Positions 11,170 to 24,100 of a stretch of 64,000 nucleotides of DNA are shown piece by piece (position 1 is the stretch's first letter; the number at the start of each line of letters is the position of its first letter). Made by a program: the position numbers and the translations under genes. The notes beneath the pieces are model-generated. The model was not told the origin of the DNA. It made no database searches and was given only the letters and a program-made list of their open reading frames with translations. The stretch comes from Gekko japonicus (taxonomy: Eukaryota): positions 202,828-266,827 of the forward strand of contig NW_015164198.1 in assembly GCF_001447785.1 (NCBI RefSeq), in the 5' to 3' direction.

Positions 11170-14050
11170 AATCACCTCTGCTTTTCACTTGCCTTGTAAG
11201 CTCCTTTGTAATGGTCTTTGTAAATTCTTCCTTAATAACGTCCCTAGTTTCAACTGTAGTTTTTTTGGCTCATGTCCACTTTAACTTAGCAATACAAATC
11301 TGTTCTTTACATGGTCTTTAAACTCCTCAGGAATGTTGCTTCAATTATGAAGCAACTATAAATGCTTTGGAGTTTTTCTTCAGCTAATTCAGCTAATTTT
11401 CAATATTAAAATTCATGGTTTGTACAACAATTGGCTCCTGGTCCTGTTTTAGCAGAGAGAATGGATCTTCATCATCTTCTGCTTCCAATTATGTAATGTT
11501 TTTGATTTTGATATTGGCCATCCAGTGGTGTCCACGTATAGAATCAGCTGTTTGGTTGCCTAAAACATATTTGCAATGAACAAATTGTTGTCTTCACAAA
11601 ATTCTGTGAGTCGCTCTCCTGCTTCATGTCACACTTGTACCCCAAATCTTTCTACCTTTGGTTCCAGTCACCTATGATTATCAGCACATCTTGTTTATGA
11701 TTATCAGCACATCTTGTTTAGGTGTGTGATCAATTTCTTCCTAGACTCTTCCATAAAAGCTTCCAATTTCTTCCTCATCAGCATAAGTAGTTGGGGCATA
11801 AATTAGAATGACAGTTATACTGATAGACTTTCCATGAAGTCTGATTGCTATTAATCCGTCAAACTTTGCATTATAGCCCCTGACTGCCTGTTATACATCT
11901 CACCTCACTGTTAGCACAACTCCATATTTTCTGTGTTTGTCGTTCTCCAAGTAAGACACTCTGTAATTTTCTGACTGGAAATGACCTGATCCAATCCCAT
12001 TTAGTTTGCTCACTCCCAGGATTGCAATGTTTAAACGTTCAATTTCTTGTTTTATGATTTTGACCTTACCTTGATACATACTTCTCATGCTCTGTGTTTC
12101 TATTACATGCGTCTAAAAGCTTTGGACTTTCCTTTGCATCCATTCACGCCAACAATGGAACATCCTTTTGGCTTTAGTCCAGTTACATCAATAAGAATAG
12201 CACTATTTGTCCTTGTCCTTGTCCTCAGATCTTCCCCAGTAATAGTAAATGGAGATCTCACCAAAAGATACCCATAGAAAAGGGAACAAGACAAGGATGC
12301 CCACTTTCACCACTGTTATTTATATTTGGGATGGAGACATTGAATGATATAGTAAAAGACTCTAGAGAAGTCAAGGGTTTAAAAATCAAAGAAGAACAAT
12401 TTAAGTTACAAGCATTTGCTGACGATTTAGTATACATTCTGGAAAACCCAATGCTATCAGTAAAAAATCTACTAACATTGATAAGGGAGTATGGAGCAGT
12501 AAGATAAGATAAGGCTTAAGATAAATATCAATAAAACTAAATTAGTGACAAAAAACTGTACCAAAGAAGACATAAAAGAACTACAAGAGAACACAAATAC
12601 AGAGATAGTAAAAAAGTCAAATACTTAGGCATTAACATTACTAATAACAATAATAGCTTATATGAAAATAACTATAAGGTCATGATGGAGGAGATTAAAA
12701 AAGACTTACAAAAATGGCAAGATTTACAAGCATCTCTTATGGGCAGAATCTCCACTATAAAAATGAATGTACTTCCACGCATATTATTTCTAGCACAGTG
12801 CATCCCAATTTTGAAAAACAGTAAGTTTTTTAAAGAATTAAACAAGCTGGTAAGAAAATTTATCTGGCAAGGAAAAGAGCACGAATAAAATTGAAATTCT
12901 TAAGAGAGAAAAAAACCCAGAGGCGGTCTTAGCTTGCCAGATTGGAACTTGTATTACCAGGCTGCGGCCTTGGGGTGGATAAGAGAATGGGTGCTACTGG
13001 AAGACAGAAGATTATTAAAATTAGAAGGCTATGATCTACACATGGGCTGGCATGCCTATGTGTGGTACGACAAGGATAAAATACAGAAAAGCTTCTCTAA
13101 TCATATAATAAGAGATCCATTAATGAAAATATGGAGAAAATTAAAAGACAGATACTATAAGAAAATTCCAAAGTGGGTATCACCGTTAGAGGCCTTTATA
13201 ATGCCAACTTTAATAACAGAGAACAAAAAGATAACATATAAAAGATATTACAGGGAGAGACCTACCAATTGCACGGGAAAATTTCCTATTAAATATCACA
13301 CCTGAAGGATTTAAATATAATGAAATATGTAATTTTATCTATAATTACAATGTCAAGAATACTTGTTGCAAAGAACTGGAAGACAGATAGAATACCGAGT
13401 AAGGAAGACTTGATTAGTATACTTTTTGAAGTAATTGAAATGGATAAATTGAATATGTATTTGGTGGGAAAAACAGAGGAAAAGTTTAAGCAGAAATGGC
13501 AAAAAGCCATTAAATGGTATGAAGAAACTTTGTAATGTTAACCCCTAACTGTTAGAAAATAAGATATAAATGTATGTTGTTGAAAACTGAAGATCTTCCC
13601 CAGTAGCTGCTTGAGTGCTATCCAATGTGGAGGTTCCATCTTCCAGCACTATATCTTTTTTTCATTTTGGATTGTCTCATCATAGAGTTTCTGAGGTAAG
13701 AGTTGGTCAGAATTAGTTTACCATTGCCTTCTTCTGCTCAGTACTAACCAGGGTTAGTGTCACTGCCATTGTCTATGAAAGATCCTCCGTCAGTGTCACC
13801 TTTCACTACTGCTGCTGCATAATAGCTACACTTCAAGAATTCCTCTGACCCATCACCATTGGAACTGTGTGTACTCTTCTGCTGATGTGGCCATTGTTCC
13901 CCTAAGGGGGTGGATGCATCTTAGTCTGGTGTCTCAGCTGTAGCCATTCCACCTTGAGTGACTCTGCTAGGAGTTTAGACCCTTTATGGTATTGCTCTCA
14001 CTGACACACACAACCCCCCTCGCCACATTAAGGTGACATACATAGTATGT
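11170..14050 (-). mobile_element. Old RTE/BovB-clade LINE: 5' UTR and APE endonuclease region, split by an L1 insertion at 12242-13590
   Basis: ORF 11900-12088 (MRSMYQGKVKIIKQEIERLNIAILGVSKL..G.GHF) is a typical RTE APE N-terminus. Downstream degenerate IYAPT and IIIGDWN motifs; the sequence resumes beyond the 15-bp TSD. Confidence 0.8.
12242..13590 (+). mobile_element. 5'-truncated, internally deleted L1/Tx1-clade LINE (RT through ORF2 C-terminus)
   Basis: GTRQGCPLSPLLF, AFADD, KYLGI, GRISTIKMNVLPRILFL, LPDWNLYYQAA motifs; 15-bp TSD AGATCTTCCCCAGTA at 12227-12241 and 13591-13605. Confidence 0.93.
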
Positions 14051-14807
14051 GATATGAAATAAACAGGCTTGCCCTTGTCAAATGGGAATGTTTGAGGCAG
14101 TTGATCACATGATATGACACTGTCCCTACTATAATGATATACGTTCCCAATATGGCTGAGTCTTCAAATGACTGACCCCCCCTCTACTGTGAAATGTGTG
14201 CAATAATTCTGAATTGTGTGAATATAATGGCACACATAAGTCTTTTTTGTTGGTCTTAGTATTGTATGTGGTAGCTTGATTTTTTTTTAATTAATACTTT
14301 CCAAGCTGATCATGTATCAACATAAACTGGATGAAAATGATATGAAATATACCCTGGAGAGTCGCTGCCAGTCAGAGTAGGAAGTAATGACCTTGATGGA
14401 CCAATGGTTGGACTTGGTTTTATTTTGCTTCATCTTGATGCCTATCCTGAGTCTTACCCTGTGGCCAAAAATCAATTGAACGACACCTTTATTATCTTTC
14501 ACATTCTTTCTGCCTCTTATGGATCTCTGTGGTACTATTAAAATTTTCACCTCCCTATCACCAAGGCTTTTACAAAAACATTTGCCAGTAGTCTAAGCTA
14601 GCAAATAAATGGACACAAGAGCTCAATAGCTATTTTAGTGCAGAAGAGGATCATGAAATGTTCAGAAAGAAGCTTAAGCAATTGGCTTCAGTCCCTATTA
14701 TCTCAGCGCATACAGGCTCCATGTTATGGATCTGTGCTCTATTTTCATGGGAATATTGTACTTGGAGAGGAATATTGTAAAAGGCAAAAAGTAACAACAT
14801 GTGAATA

Positions 14808-15068
14808 ATTAGATAAGCATATGGAGCAGAGGTTCATCAGTGGCTGTTAGCCACAAGGTATAGATAGGGGCTCTCGGGCAAGTGATGCTCTGTCTTCTTG
14901 GTGCTTGGGGGGGGGGGTCAACAGTGGGAGGGCTCCTAATGTCCTGGCCCCACTGGTGGACCTCCTGATGGCACTGGTATTTCTGGCCACTGTGTGACAC
15001 AGAGTGTTGGACTGGATGGGCCTTTGGCCTGATCCAACATTGGCGTCTCTTATGTTCTTATGTTCTTA
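14808..15068 (+). mobile_element. CR1 LINE 3' UTR fragment
   Basis: Near-identical to 28893-29136; ends in a (CTTATGTT)n tail. Confidence 0.85.
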
Positions 15069-17419
15069 ACTGTGGCTAGCTATTATACTTACATCAATAT
15101 GTTCAGCGAAGAGATTGCTCTGGTACTAGTATTGTTCAAGTTTGAGTTTGGAAAGACTTTGGGAAGATTTTCAGATGGCCTTGACGTGAAAAGAGCAAGA
15201 GGCCTGTGAAGGTCTGTTCAGAATCCTACACAAGTCTATTCATTGGGGCATAGTCCCAATGAAGTGTTCTTACATGGCACTCTGTGTTTTCATAGGAAGG
15301 AGTTTTCTTTAACTTCTGAACTATAAGCAGGAGTTAGAGATATATAATCAAGGGACATGGCATTTTCATAACCCAGGTGTTGTGGTAAACCTGGGAGTGT
15401 GAGTTTCATAAACTTTATCAGTTTCATAAAAAGAGTTGCACGTCTGCCCGTGTGGAGTTGAATATTTTAATTCCAGAATGGAAGCGCTATAATCCACATG
15501 TCTACATAGTTCTCCTTAGCAAACAGGGAAGTATAAACGCACTTTATGGTAGGATATTTGATTGCCTATGTTAGTGACATCTTTATGTAATCATTGTTCT
15601 TATTGCATCCAAGGAACCAAATTGTGTTCCTGTTTTTATAAACAGAAAGGCACTGTGATCATATAAAGCTCCTTAGCCTTAGACATTTACAAAATTTCCT
15701 TTCAGGGTGCCTCAGATACAATAAGTAGATCTTTCTGTTCTGACCTTACGGATATTCAGAAAAGATCACACAACAAGGTTACCCATAACTCAGCCAAATA
15801 CAAGCTACTTTCCACATGTTAAAACACGAATGCTTCTGCTTCTACTTCTACTTCTGCTATTGTTATTGTTTTTTTAGAATATAATGCATGAAGAAGAAAC
15901 CTGTGGATCTTTGTATCTGTGGAATTCATACATCTTTCCACAGAGGAGATGAGTATTTCTCCGTTGTCCATCACTTCAGAAATCCAAAAAGCAAAAACAA
16001 GTGTGAGTAGGGATGCATTGGTACTACTCAGTTCAAGCAAAAATGCCAGACAATGTCAGAAGTTGAGCAAAGGCTTTATTGAAACTTTAAACTGAAGTGG
16101 TAGAAATTAACTTCCTAATTTCTTATTAGTGCAAGGCATTTCTTCAGTGGATTCTGTGGTTTAAAAGTAAGTTTGGTACCATCACCACACTGTTATTATT
16201 TTTTGCCAGCCCACCATACAGTTTCCAAAAGATGTTGTTCATCAGTATCATTCCCCCAATAATGATGATACTCAAAACTGAGACAAGTCCTACACCAGAC
16301 CTGGATTGTTTGGTTTGGTAAACAACTCTTCCATCTCCGGAAGCCTGGGGGAGCTTGCTGATCTAATTCAGTTGAAAAACCTGTAGCCCACAGTAATCCT
16401 GCTGCCCACCCATTGTCTAGGGCCTAAGTAACCTAAACCAGGCTTGTTTAGCTATACAAAGACCCACAGACAAGAGCAGCATGAAACAGGCTAAAAAGAG
16501 AACATCTCTGAGCCAATTTGGAAATTCTTGCTAAGCCCTGAGGTGATCAGTTAGTCCCACATGGCTCTGTAGGGAGGGAGGGAGGGAAGGTTAGTTGGCT
16601 CCAGCAATGTTGATAAGCAGACACTGCGGAGGCTATTATACCTCCATTTGCCAGGTTTTGATTGACCGAATACATCCCTATCAACAGGGCTAAGACATTT
16701 ATTGGCATTTTGTTTTTGTTCTGTTGGTGGCAGAAATATGCAAGAAGTCAGCTGATTGTTATACGTTATCATCATAACAAAAGGAAGATCCACTTTCGGA
16801 TGTGCAAGTTATAAAAAATAGCAACTGATTTTCCAAAACTAGAACAATAAGCATCAATCTGGTATTTGTTTTTCTGCAAAATTAATCTGTAAAGTGAGCA
16901 CAACCAGCAGACAGTTTAAAAGAATTCATTTGAACTTGAATCAAAATTCAAGTCGAATGAGCAAATGTGCAGAATGGAAGGATCTCACCTTAACAGGATC
17001 TGATTTTTTTAAAAAAGGCAATGGACCTTTTCCAATATGTCACATGCGGGGGAAATGGGAAATTTGGGGGAGCACTGAAAACAACTTCTATGCTTATTTT
17101 TCTTTTGAATTAAGTAAAAAAAAATGGGGAGGGGATTTTACTCATGTTGTTATGACAAATAAATTTTCATTTTTCAAAATTCACTTCTACATATAGCCGT
17201 TGTTGTTGCTTACTTTCATTTCCCCCCATTTCGGAAGAGGAATTTCTCATTAATTTTGCTTTGCTTTTTCTTTGTAGTGTTCTATGCACCCTTTTGTAAA
17301 TTTAGCCCTTGCAGGATTTTTTTGATTTTGCAGTTACACACCATAGGGTGATGGTCAAGCATCAGGAAAGGAAAGTTTGAGGAGAGATTCTCTGCCTCTG
17401 AGCATCAGCAAAGTAAAGT

Positions 17420-17547
17420 TCTGAAGAAGTGAGCTGTGACTCTTGAAAACTCATACCCTACTACAAATGTTGTTAGTCTTTAAGGTACTTCTAGACTCTT
17501 ATCCTTTTCTACTGCTACAGACAGACTCACATGGCTACCCATCCTGA
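17420..17547 (+). mobile_element. Penelope-like terminal repeat with decayed hammerhead-ribozyme core
   Basis: CTGAAGA-AGTGAG-CTGTGA-CTCTT-GAAA, followed by GTTAGTCTTTAAGGT...ACATGGCTACCCA. Confidence 0.6.
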
Positions 17548-17748
17548 AACTTTTCTTTGAATTTCCCTTTTGATCTAAAGGGAGTTGATTCAAAAACAAA
17601 CTCCAAATTCCTAAAAGGAGGAAAAGAAATCAGTGGTTGGATTTCAAAGAAAAAATAGAGAAAGACAAATTATGAGAATTTCTCATCAATGCTAGATTTT
17701 ATTCAAAATTTGTAGCATTAACATTTTTATATACACAAGTCTACAGCA

Positions 17749-18074
17749 CAGGGGTCATTTCGTAGAAAATGAGCTAGGGGAACTCATTAGCATATGCCAC
17801 ACCCCCTGACATCAGGGGCCCGGCGGTGGACCTGCAAGGCCGGTGGGAGTGCGAGGAAGCCCCACCAAGGCCCTGCCTGGCCCCAGGCAGGCAGGGGTGG
17901 GGAGTGGCGGGGAGGAAGCAATTTACCCTCCCTCTTCTCCTGCCTCCTCCTGGCTGAATGAGGGCTGGAAGCGGGGTGGCTGGAAGCAGGGGGCAGGGCT
18001 TCATCGTGTGCCCCGCCCCCTCACCTCACCCGGGGGAACTGCGATCCCCCGCGTTCCCCCCGAAATGACCTCTG
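17749..18074 (-). mobile_element. hAT MITE, family A
   Basis: TIRs CAGGGGTCATTTCG...CGAAATGACCTCTG; 8-bp TSD CTACAGCA at 17741-17748 and 18075-18082; reverse complement of 8963-9433 with a deletion. Confidence 0.92.
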
Positions 18075-18769
18075 CTACAGCATAATATAATGACAAGCAG
18101 GGGGACCCAGAAGGATTTGTAGGAGGCATCTTATTTACGTCTATATTCCCTCCCCCATGATTTCTTTTTCTGGCAGCACTCATAGCCTCTCAACGTTTGC
18201 TGCTCCCTTCTGTTCTTCCTACCCAACAGCCAGTCCACATTTATCTGCTTCCCTCCTGGCAGCCTCTCCCCAAGAAAAATCGGGCCCACTTGCATGGCGG
18301 CTGTTGGGTCAAGCTGGGTGGTGTGGGTAATGAGTTTCCAGTGTCATTCCTGGGCCTGCCCCTGGTGAGACCTCCTTCATCAGGGAACATAACAGAGGAT
18401 GGCTGACCCTTTCCATGGCTTCCAAGTCCACCCAATCTCAGCAATATTATTATGGTTGTCTAACAGCTTCCAAAATAGCATCTGAGAGCTCAGTAAATAT
18501 TGTTTTCTTAAAGCTACAGATGGTGTCTATTATTTTTTTTGGGGGGGGGGGGGTTTATCCCCAGGGCTTTTTTTAAAAAAAGATTTCAGATCCCCCCCCC
18601 CCAAACTGGGACTTCCTTCAGGTTTGCAGAACAATTCCCCCATCCATTTATCCCTAGTTCCATTTTCTGGTTCTATTATTGCACACTATAGGGCCAAGTT
18701 TAGAATTAGAGATGTGATATTCTGTTTATATCTTATCTTTTTGTTCAAGAAGAACAGCTGAGTTGGCTA

Positions 18770-18953
18770 ACAATTATAACACACTCCAATGGAGGTGTAC
18801 CGTATTGTCAAGGGTTGGTTCCAGGGATCGCATTAACGTTGTGCTGAAAGTCTCCACTGGTTACCCATCTATTTCCAGGCACAATTCAAAGTGCTGTTTT
18901 TTAACCTTTAAGGCTCTAAATGTACTAGAGGGGCCGTCTCCTACTATCCCGCC
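18770..18953 (+). mobile_element. Old L2 LINE ORF2 C-terminal fragment (host of the LTR at 18954)
   Basis: Degenerate LHWLP...FK..LTFKALN motif; appears to continue after 19461. Confidence 0.6.
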
Positions 18954-19461
18954 TGTTAAGTCGGCTACTTAACAAGAGTCAGAGAGTGATTTCAGCCAGT
19001 GATTCAGCTTTAATGAGCAACACTTAACACAACCAGAACAGAACAACCAGAACAACCTTTGCATTGCAGCTGAGCTCCTTTTAAACTCTCCCGGGCTAAT
19101 GTAGCCACGCCCTACTGTACATATCAACCAATAGGATTGTAAAGATAAAGTCCAATCACAGACGTTCCCTCTCAGGGAACTGGGTGTTAGGTGATTGGTC
19201 GGCTCTTCCTGGGCTGCCAATAGGAATTGAGGAATTAGGATCCTTGCCCAGGACGAAGCTTTGCATGGTGTTCCAATGAGTGAGTTCACATACAGTTTAC
19301 ATTGAATCCCTCTCAGGGAACTGGATGTTAGGTGATTGGTCGGCTCTTCCTGGGCTACCAATAGGAATTGAGGAATTAGGATCCTTGCGCAGGACGAAGC
19401 TTTGCATGGTGTTCCAATGAGTGAGTTCACATACAGTTTACATTGAATTGAATACACCACA
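18954..19461 (-). mobile_element. Probable solo LTR with a 141-bp internal tandem duplication
   Basis: TG...CA termini; degenerate flanks CCGCC/CTGCT; several CCAAT boxes; minus-strand TTTAAAA and ATTAAA; repeat units 19166-19306 and 19307-19447. Confidence 0.65.
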
Positions 19462-20338
19462 CTGCTTGCCAAGATCTGCCTCTCAACTCTTGCTCTTACT
19501 TTTGTTTGGCTTCCTGCTCCAGGTCCAAATCAAAGTGCTCCCTGGAGCAAAGAATGGGATGACTAGGATTTTTTTTCTTCTCCCCTCAGTACTCCTTCTT
19601 TCAAAGAAGGCTGGCAAACATACTGCAAAGGGATACAGAAGAAGCAGCGGGCAGTGGAATTATGCTGGGATTTGGCCTCAGTGAGTGCCCCACCAAACCT
19701 ATCCTGGATGTTGGCGCTGGAAGAGTTACAAGTGGTTTCCATTCTTTCTACTCTGAGCTCATAAGCCCCAGTGGGCTTGTACAATGCACAGGTTTCTGCA
19801 GACGTACATATGTGAGTTCCACTTCCATCATTAAATTATGAAAATGAAGAGATACAGACATGTATAGAGGAGCCATATGAAGGAGTTGCCATATCATCTT
19901 TTTCAGCAGTTTGAGCAAGAAATGATATAATTTTCTCTCTGATTTGGACTCATGAATATAGTCTCATCATGCAAGAAATTAAATTATGATGGAGTTACCT
20001 TAAATTATATTATATTAGGAATGGTCAAACAAGCAGGGGTGGTGCTACAAGACTGACAGTAGATAGCATACTGTTTTCTACTTACACTGCAAACGGGGGG
20101 GGGAGAGATGGTCTATACAGGGCTGCATCCACACATTGTTGGATACTGCACTATTCACGCATTATTTTTTTCTCTGTGGACAAGATAGTCCAGGAGGCGA
20201 AGAGTTACTATTGTGCATCAGCAGCACAATATCCAATGCAGTCCAGAAAAGTTAAGATTGCCACCGTACAGCACCACCCTAATCAGTTACTCCACTTTTA
20301 GCAAGTTGGTTTCAACTGACTTAGACTTAAGTAACTCT

Positions 20339-20784
20339 GGTCCCTGCCACATGGCAGAAAAACAACGGGCAAAGTGCGGCTAATCAGAGCTGCACAAAAT
20401 AGAGACGCCGCCGCGGTGGGATCCCTCGGATCCCCTGAGCCGCGGCGCCGTTGCTCCCCGGCACAATCAGATGCCGGGGAGGAAGCCATGGTCGGGAGGG
20501 GTAGGCTGCCGAACTGCACATGTGTGAGAATGCGCAGTTCAGCCAGGAGCCGGGGATGCGCCGGCGGAAGGACGCGCTGGCGATCCCACGGCCGGCCTTG
20601 ATGCGGCCTTGCCGGAAGAACCACCTTGGTAGGTGGTTTATTTTTGCTGTGGAGTTTGGGGCGGAAGGGCCGGATCGGGGACGGGTGCGCAATGCTTCCC
20701 AGATGTTGCGGTGGGATCGCGCCCGTTTGCTGCGCCCCCGATCCGTCCCTCTCCCGGCCCAAAACCTCTCGTGTGACCGGGGCC
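20339..20784 (-). mobile_element. PIF/Harbinger-like MITE, family B
   Basis: GGTCCCTGCCACA...TGTGACCGGGGCC; 3-bp TSD TCT at 20336-20338 and 20785-20787; reverse complement of 7761-8201. Confidence 0.85.
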
Positions 20785-20893
20785 TCTGTTACTCAGCTGT
20801 TACTTTAGCACAAGTCCATGCTGAGAAATATCTCCTCTTTGCATATATTATATTGGATGTCTCAGAGAAAGAAGAAAACTCTGGAGTCATGTG

Positions 20894-21111
20894 TAGGGTT
20901 GCCAGCTTCGAGTTGGGAAATACCTGGAGATTTTGGGGTGGAGCCTGAGGAGGGTGGGGTTTGGGGAGGTGGACAGGAGGGGAAGGACTTCAGTGGGGTA
21001 TCAAGCCATAGAATTCATCAGCCATTTTTTCCAGGTGAACTTGTCTCTGGCACCTAGAGTTCAGTTGTAATAGCAGGAGACTTCCAACCACCACCTGGAG
21101 GCTGGCAACTC
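20894..21111. mobile_element. TAGGGTTGCC-family hAT-like MITE
   Basis: TAGGGTTGCCAGC...GCTGGCAACTCT termini. Confidence 0.65.
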
Positions 21112-24100
21112 TTTGTGTATGGAATCTAATACGTTAGTGGCAAAGTATTCTCGAGACTTCTGACAGTGATTGAAGCTTACAACAAACATAGTACAGTTTA
21201 TAAATGGGTACCCTCCAGAGTTTTAGGGGCTGTTTGCGCTGATGGCCTGTTTTGAGATTTTTGCACGGCTCCTTTGATACCTTCAGGTTGTTTCCTTCAA
21301 GTTAAACAAAAAACCCAACAACATTTAATTGAGTTGTGCTCATCCACTTAAACCCACATACACCAAAAAGACAATTTACATCTGCTACGTTTATTGGATT
21401 TGTCTGGGAAATTAATTCATCTGGGGATGTATAGGAGAAAGAAGGAAAGAACCTGCCTGAAAAGAATTAACTGTTAACTTCAGTTCAGTACTATTCCATC
21501 AGTAGATTTTGAGAACTACGGGTTTCTTCCACTTCCCAATTTTGCAATCAGGTGCTAACATCTTCTTTATTACTTCCAGTTTCCCTTGCCACCATGAGCT
21601 TTTAAGAAATCCCCTTTCTCTTCCCCCCAACCCTCCCTCCCTTGCCTCTAAAAAAACATCACTAACATTGGATTGTTAGTTAAAAACAGTAAATGGGCAA
21701 TAATGGCAGTTCTTCCTTTTAATTCAAAAACAGTTAGTTAAGTGCCTTCCAATCAGCTTTAATGAGTTTCTTGTGAGCATCTTCCAATATTATTACAACA
21801 TTAAAATGATATCACTTTAGGTAGCGGCAGTCCCACAGGGGTGATACAATGTTTTGCTTAACTATTATTGAGAATACAAGCAATACTAGAGTCACTGAGC
21901 TTTGGGAACACACCATTTTTATTCCATTTTGTTTGTTTTTCCTCCCCCCTGCCCCCCCGAGAGATGCACTCCAACTATATTTTCCAGTACCTAAGTAAAA
22001 CTGATCACCATTCAGTCAATTGCCCTATGTAGGGTAGGCTTTGAGTTCTTGACATTGCCATCTTAAGGTGTTAGTTACACACTTCTCATTCAGCTGAAGT
22101 CAATGGGTTTAGAAGTGTGCAGCTCTGCTTAGAATAGCACTGTATGTAACTGGGAATGGATCTTTTTCATTATAATTTTTTCAAACAATTTATTGGTTTT
22201 CCCTTGCTTACTTCAGCTTAATAATGCTTGAGATGAGGGTGCGCATCAGGCTTGTATTGTCTACCTTTTCTTTCCTATATTTTCTATTTCTCTTTACCTG
22301 TGTTATATTTATAAAGCAACTCTGAATCTCTGATTAGTAATACATGGCTTTATTCTAGCTGATCCTTCTTCAGTTAAGGACCAAACATGAACTTTATACA
22401 GTAATCCTGAGTATGGAATATGGTTGGATCATATCCTGATCACCAGTCACAATCAGGCGGCTGGTTTTTAAATGACCTGTTTGACTTGCTCATAATTTAA
22501 CTGCAGCTGGTGAGGAGGTTGCTGTACTTTTCTCCAATGTGGCACAGTACAGTACAATTGACTTTCATGTTAGCACACTGTAATGCTGTATGATAGAGGT
22601 TATTGTGGTGGACCACTTTTTAAACAGCCAAAACAAAGAGTTAAACCAACTGTCAAGCAGACAAACTGCTGGCAAATCCATGCCGTGTACATATATATAG
22701 CAAAAGTTAGACCATAGCATTGGCTGCCGATTTGTTTGGATCAGGAGGGTTGGGGTTTTTTTTTTACACATATGCAGTTTTGCAAACCTTGAAAGTTGAT
22801 GTTTCTCCCCTCACTTCTGAATTTCATGTCTTAAAAAAGAAGTAAAAACTTTTTTAAAAAACTGAACTACTCAGCACATTTAGAAGCCCCCCCCCACCCA
22901 GAAGGAAAAAGAATGTTCTGAAAGCAAGCACACCCTGATCACTCTGGACAAAATAATAATAATAATCTTCTTTATGATCCCTGTGATGGAAGACAAACTA
23001 TTCCAGAAAAGTCTTTCTTTGCACTTTCTGCTGGGAGTCAACTCTGTCATTAGTAGGACTGCCCTGACTGACTGTCTTCACATACTCAAGCGACTAAACA
23101 TGAGCAAGCTCTTTCTTAAGAACATAAATGTATTGTGCTGGATCTGACTGTACTGCCTCAGCAGGATATATAGCAAGTATTACAGCAGGAAAATAAGTCA
23201 TTTATCTTTAAAATAATGCATGATGGGAATCGTAGTTCATTAGCCCCTTGGGTCAGAGGCATTGGTTATGCATAGGTTCCTTTCAGGGTAGCTAGGAAGC
23301 CCACCAAACTTTTATTAGCCTTTATTTCATTCTTTGTTAGAAAATCACTAATGGCAAGGAGATGTACAGGTTCCAGGGGTGGCCTGCCAGTTGGCATCAT
23401 GGCAGAAAACACACGGTCTGAGGCCATGTGTTTGCTGGGCTATACCCACTGGAAGACAATGCAGACCAATGGGCGGCCCTGTAGGCTGGTCTCAGATGAG
23501 AACAATAGATTACCTGGCCCAATGATGAGTCCCAGGGATGTGTGGCATCAGGATGGGCTTCCAGAAAGGCAGGGTCTGGATTTAACAATAGAATCCAAGT
23601 GTTGGATGACTGTACTGGGAGTGTCCATTGTGGAACAATAGCGTGGTCTGGCATTTCCCCTAGTGCCAGATAAAAGGAGTGATGTTTCTTAATGTGTGGC
23701 AGGGTGAACCTGAATGGCTGACCATTCACTAGACATAAAGAGTTAATGTTTACCTTGATAGGTCTGGCATAGGTGTAAGAATGCAGATATTTTAGACAAA
23801 TATATGGAGACAGGATTACACCAAAGATACTTCCTGACATGGGTGTAACAGGAGAGGGGGGTGGAAATATGCAACACACTTCATTCATGACAACAGCACA
23901 GACCGGAGGCTTTTTGTCTCTGCCTGCCTGTACATTTGACAGTCAGCAGACTAGCCATTTGGTTAGCAGATGATGCCTAAGGCAAGGGCAGAGACTTGCC
24001 CATTCTTAGTCCTTTTTGGACTAAGCCGACAGGAGAGAAGAGTGGGAGGGGGGATTGCTTGCATGGGGAATGCTTAGCAGTGCAGCCAGCCTGAAGAATT

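Noticed and set aside
18969-19472. 167-aa ORF with an internal 47-aa repeat
   Set aside because: By-product of the 141-bp LTR tandem duplication.
7761-20784. Nested inverted arrangement B(+) A(+) ... A(-) B(-), resembling a 13-kb composite transposon or inverted duplication
   Set aside because: Each of the four MITEs has its own distinct TSD and the intervening flanks are not homologous, so they are independent insertions.
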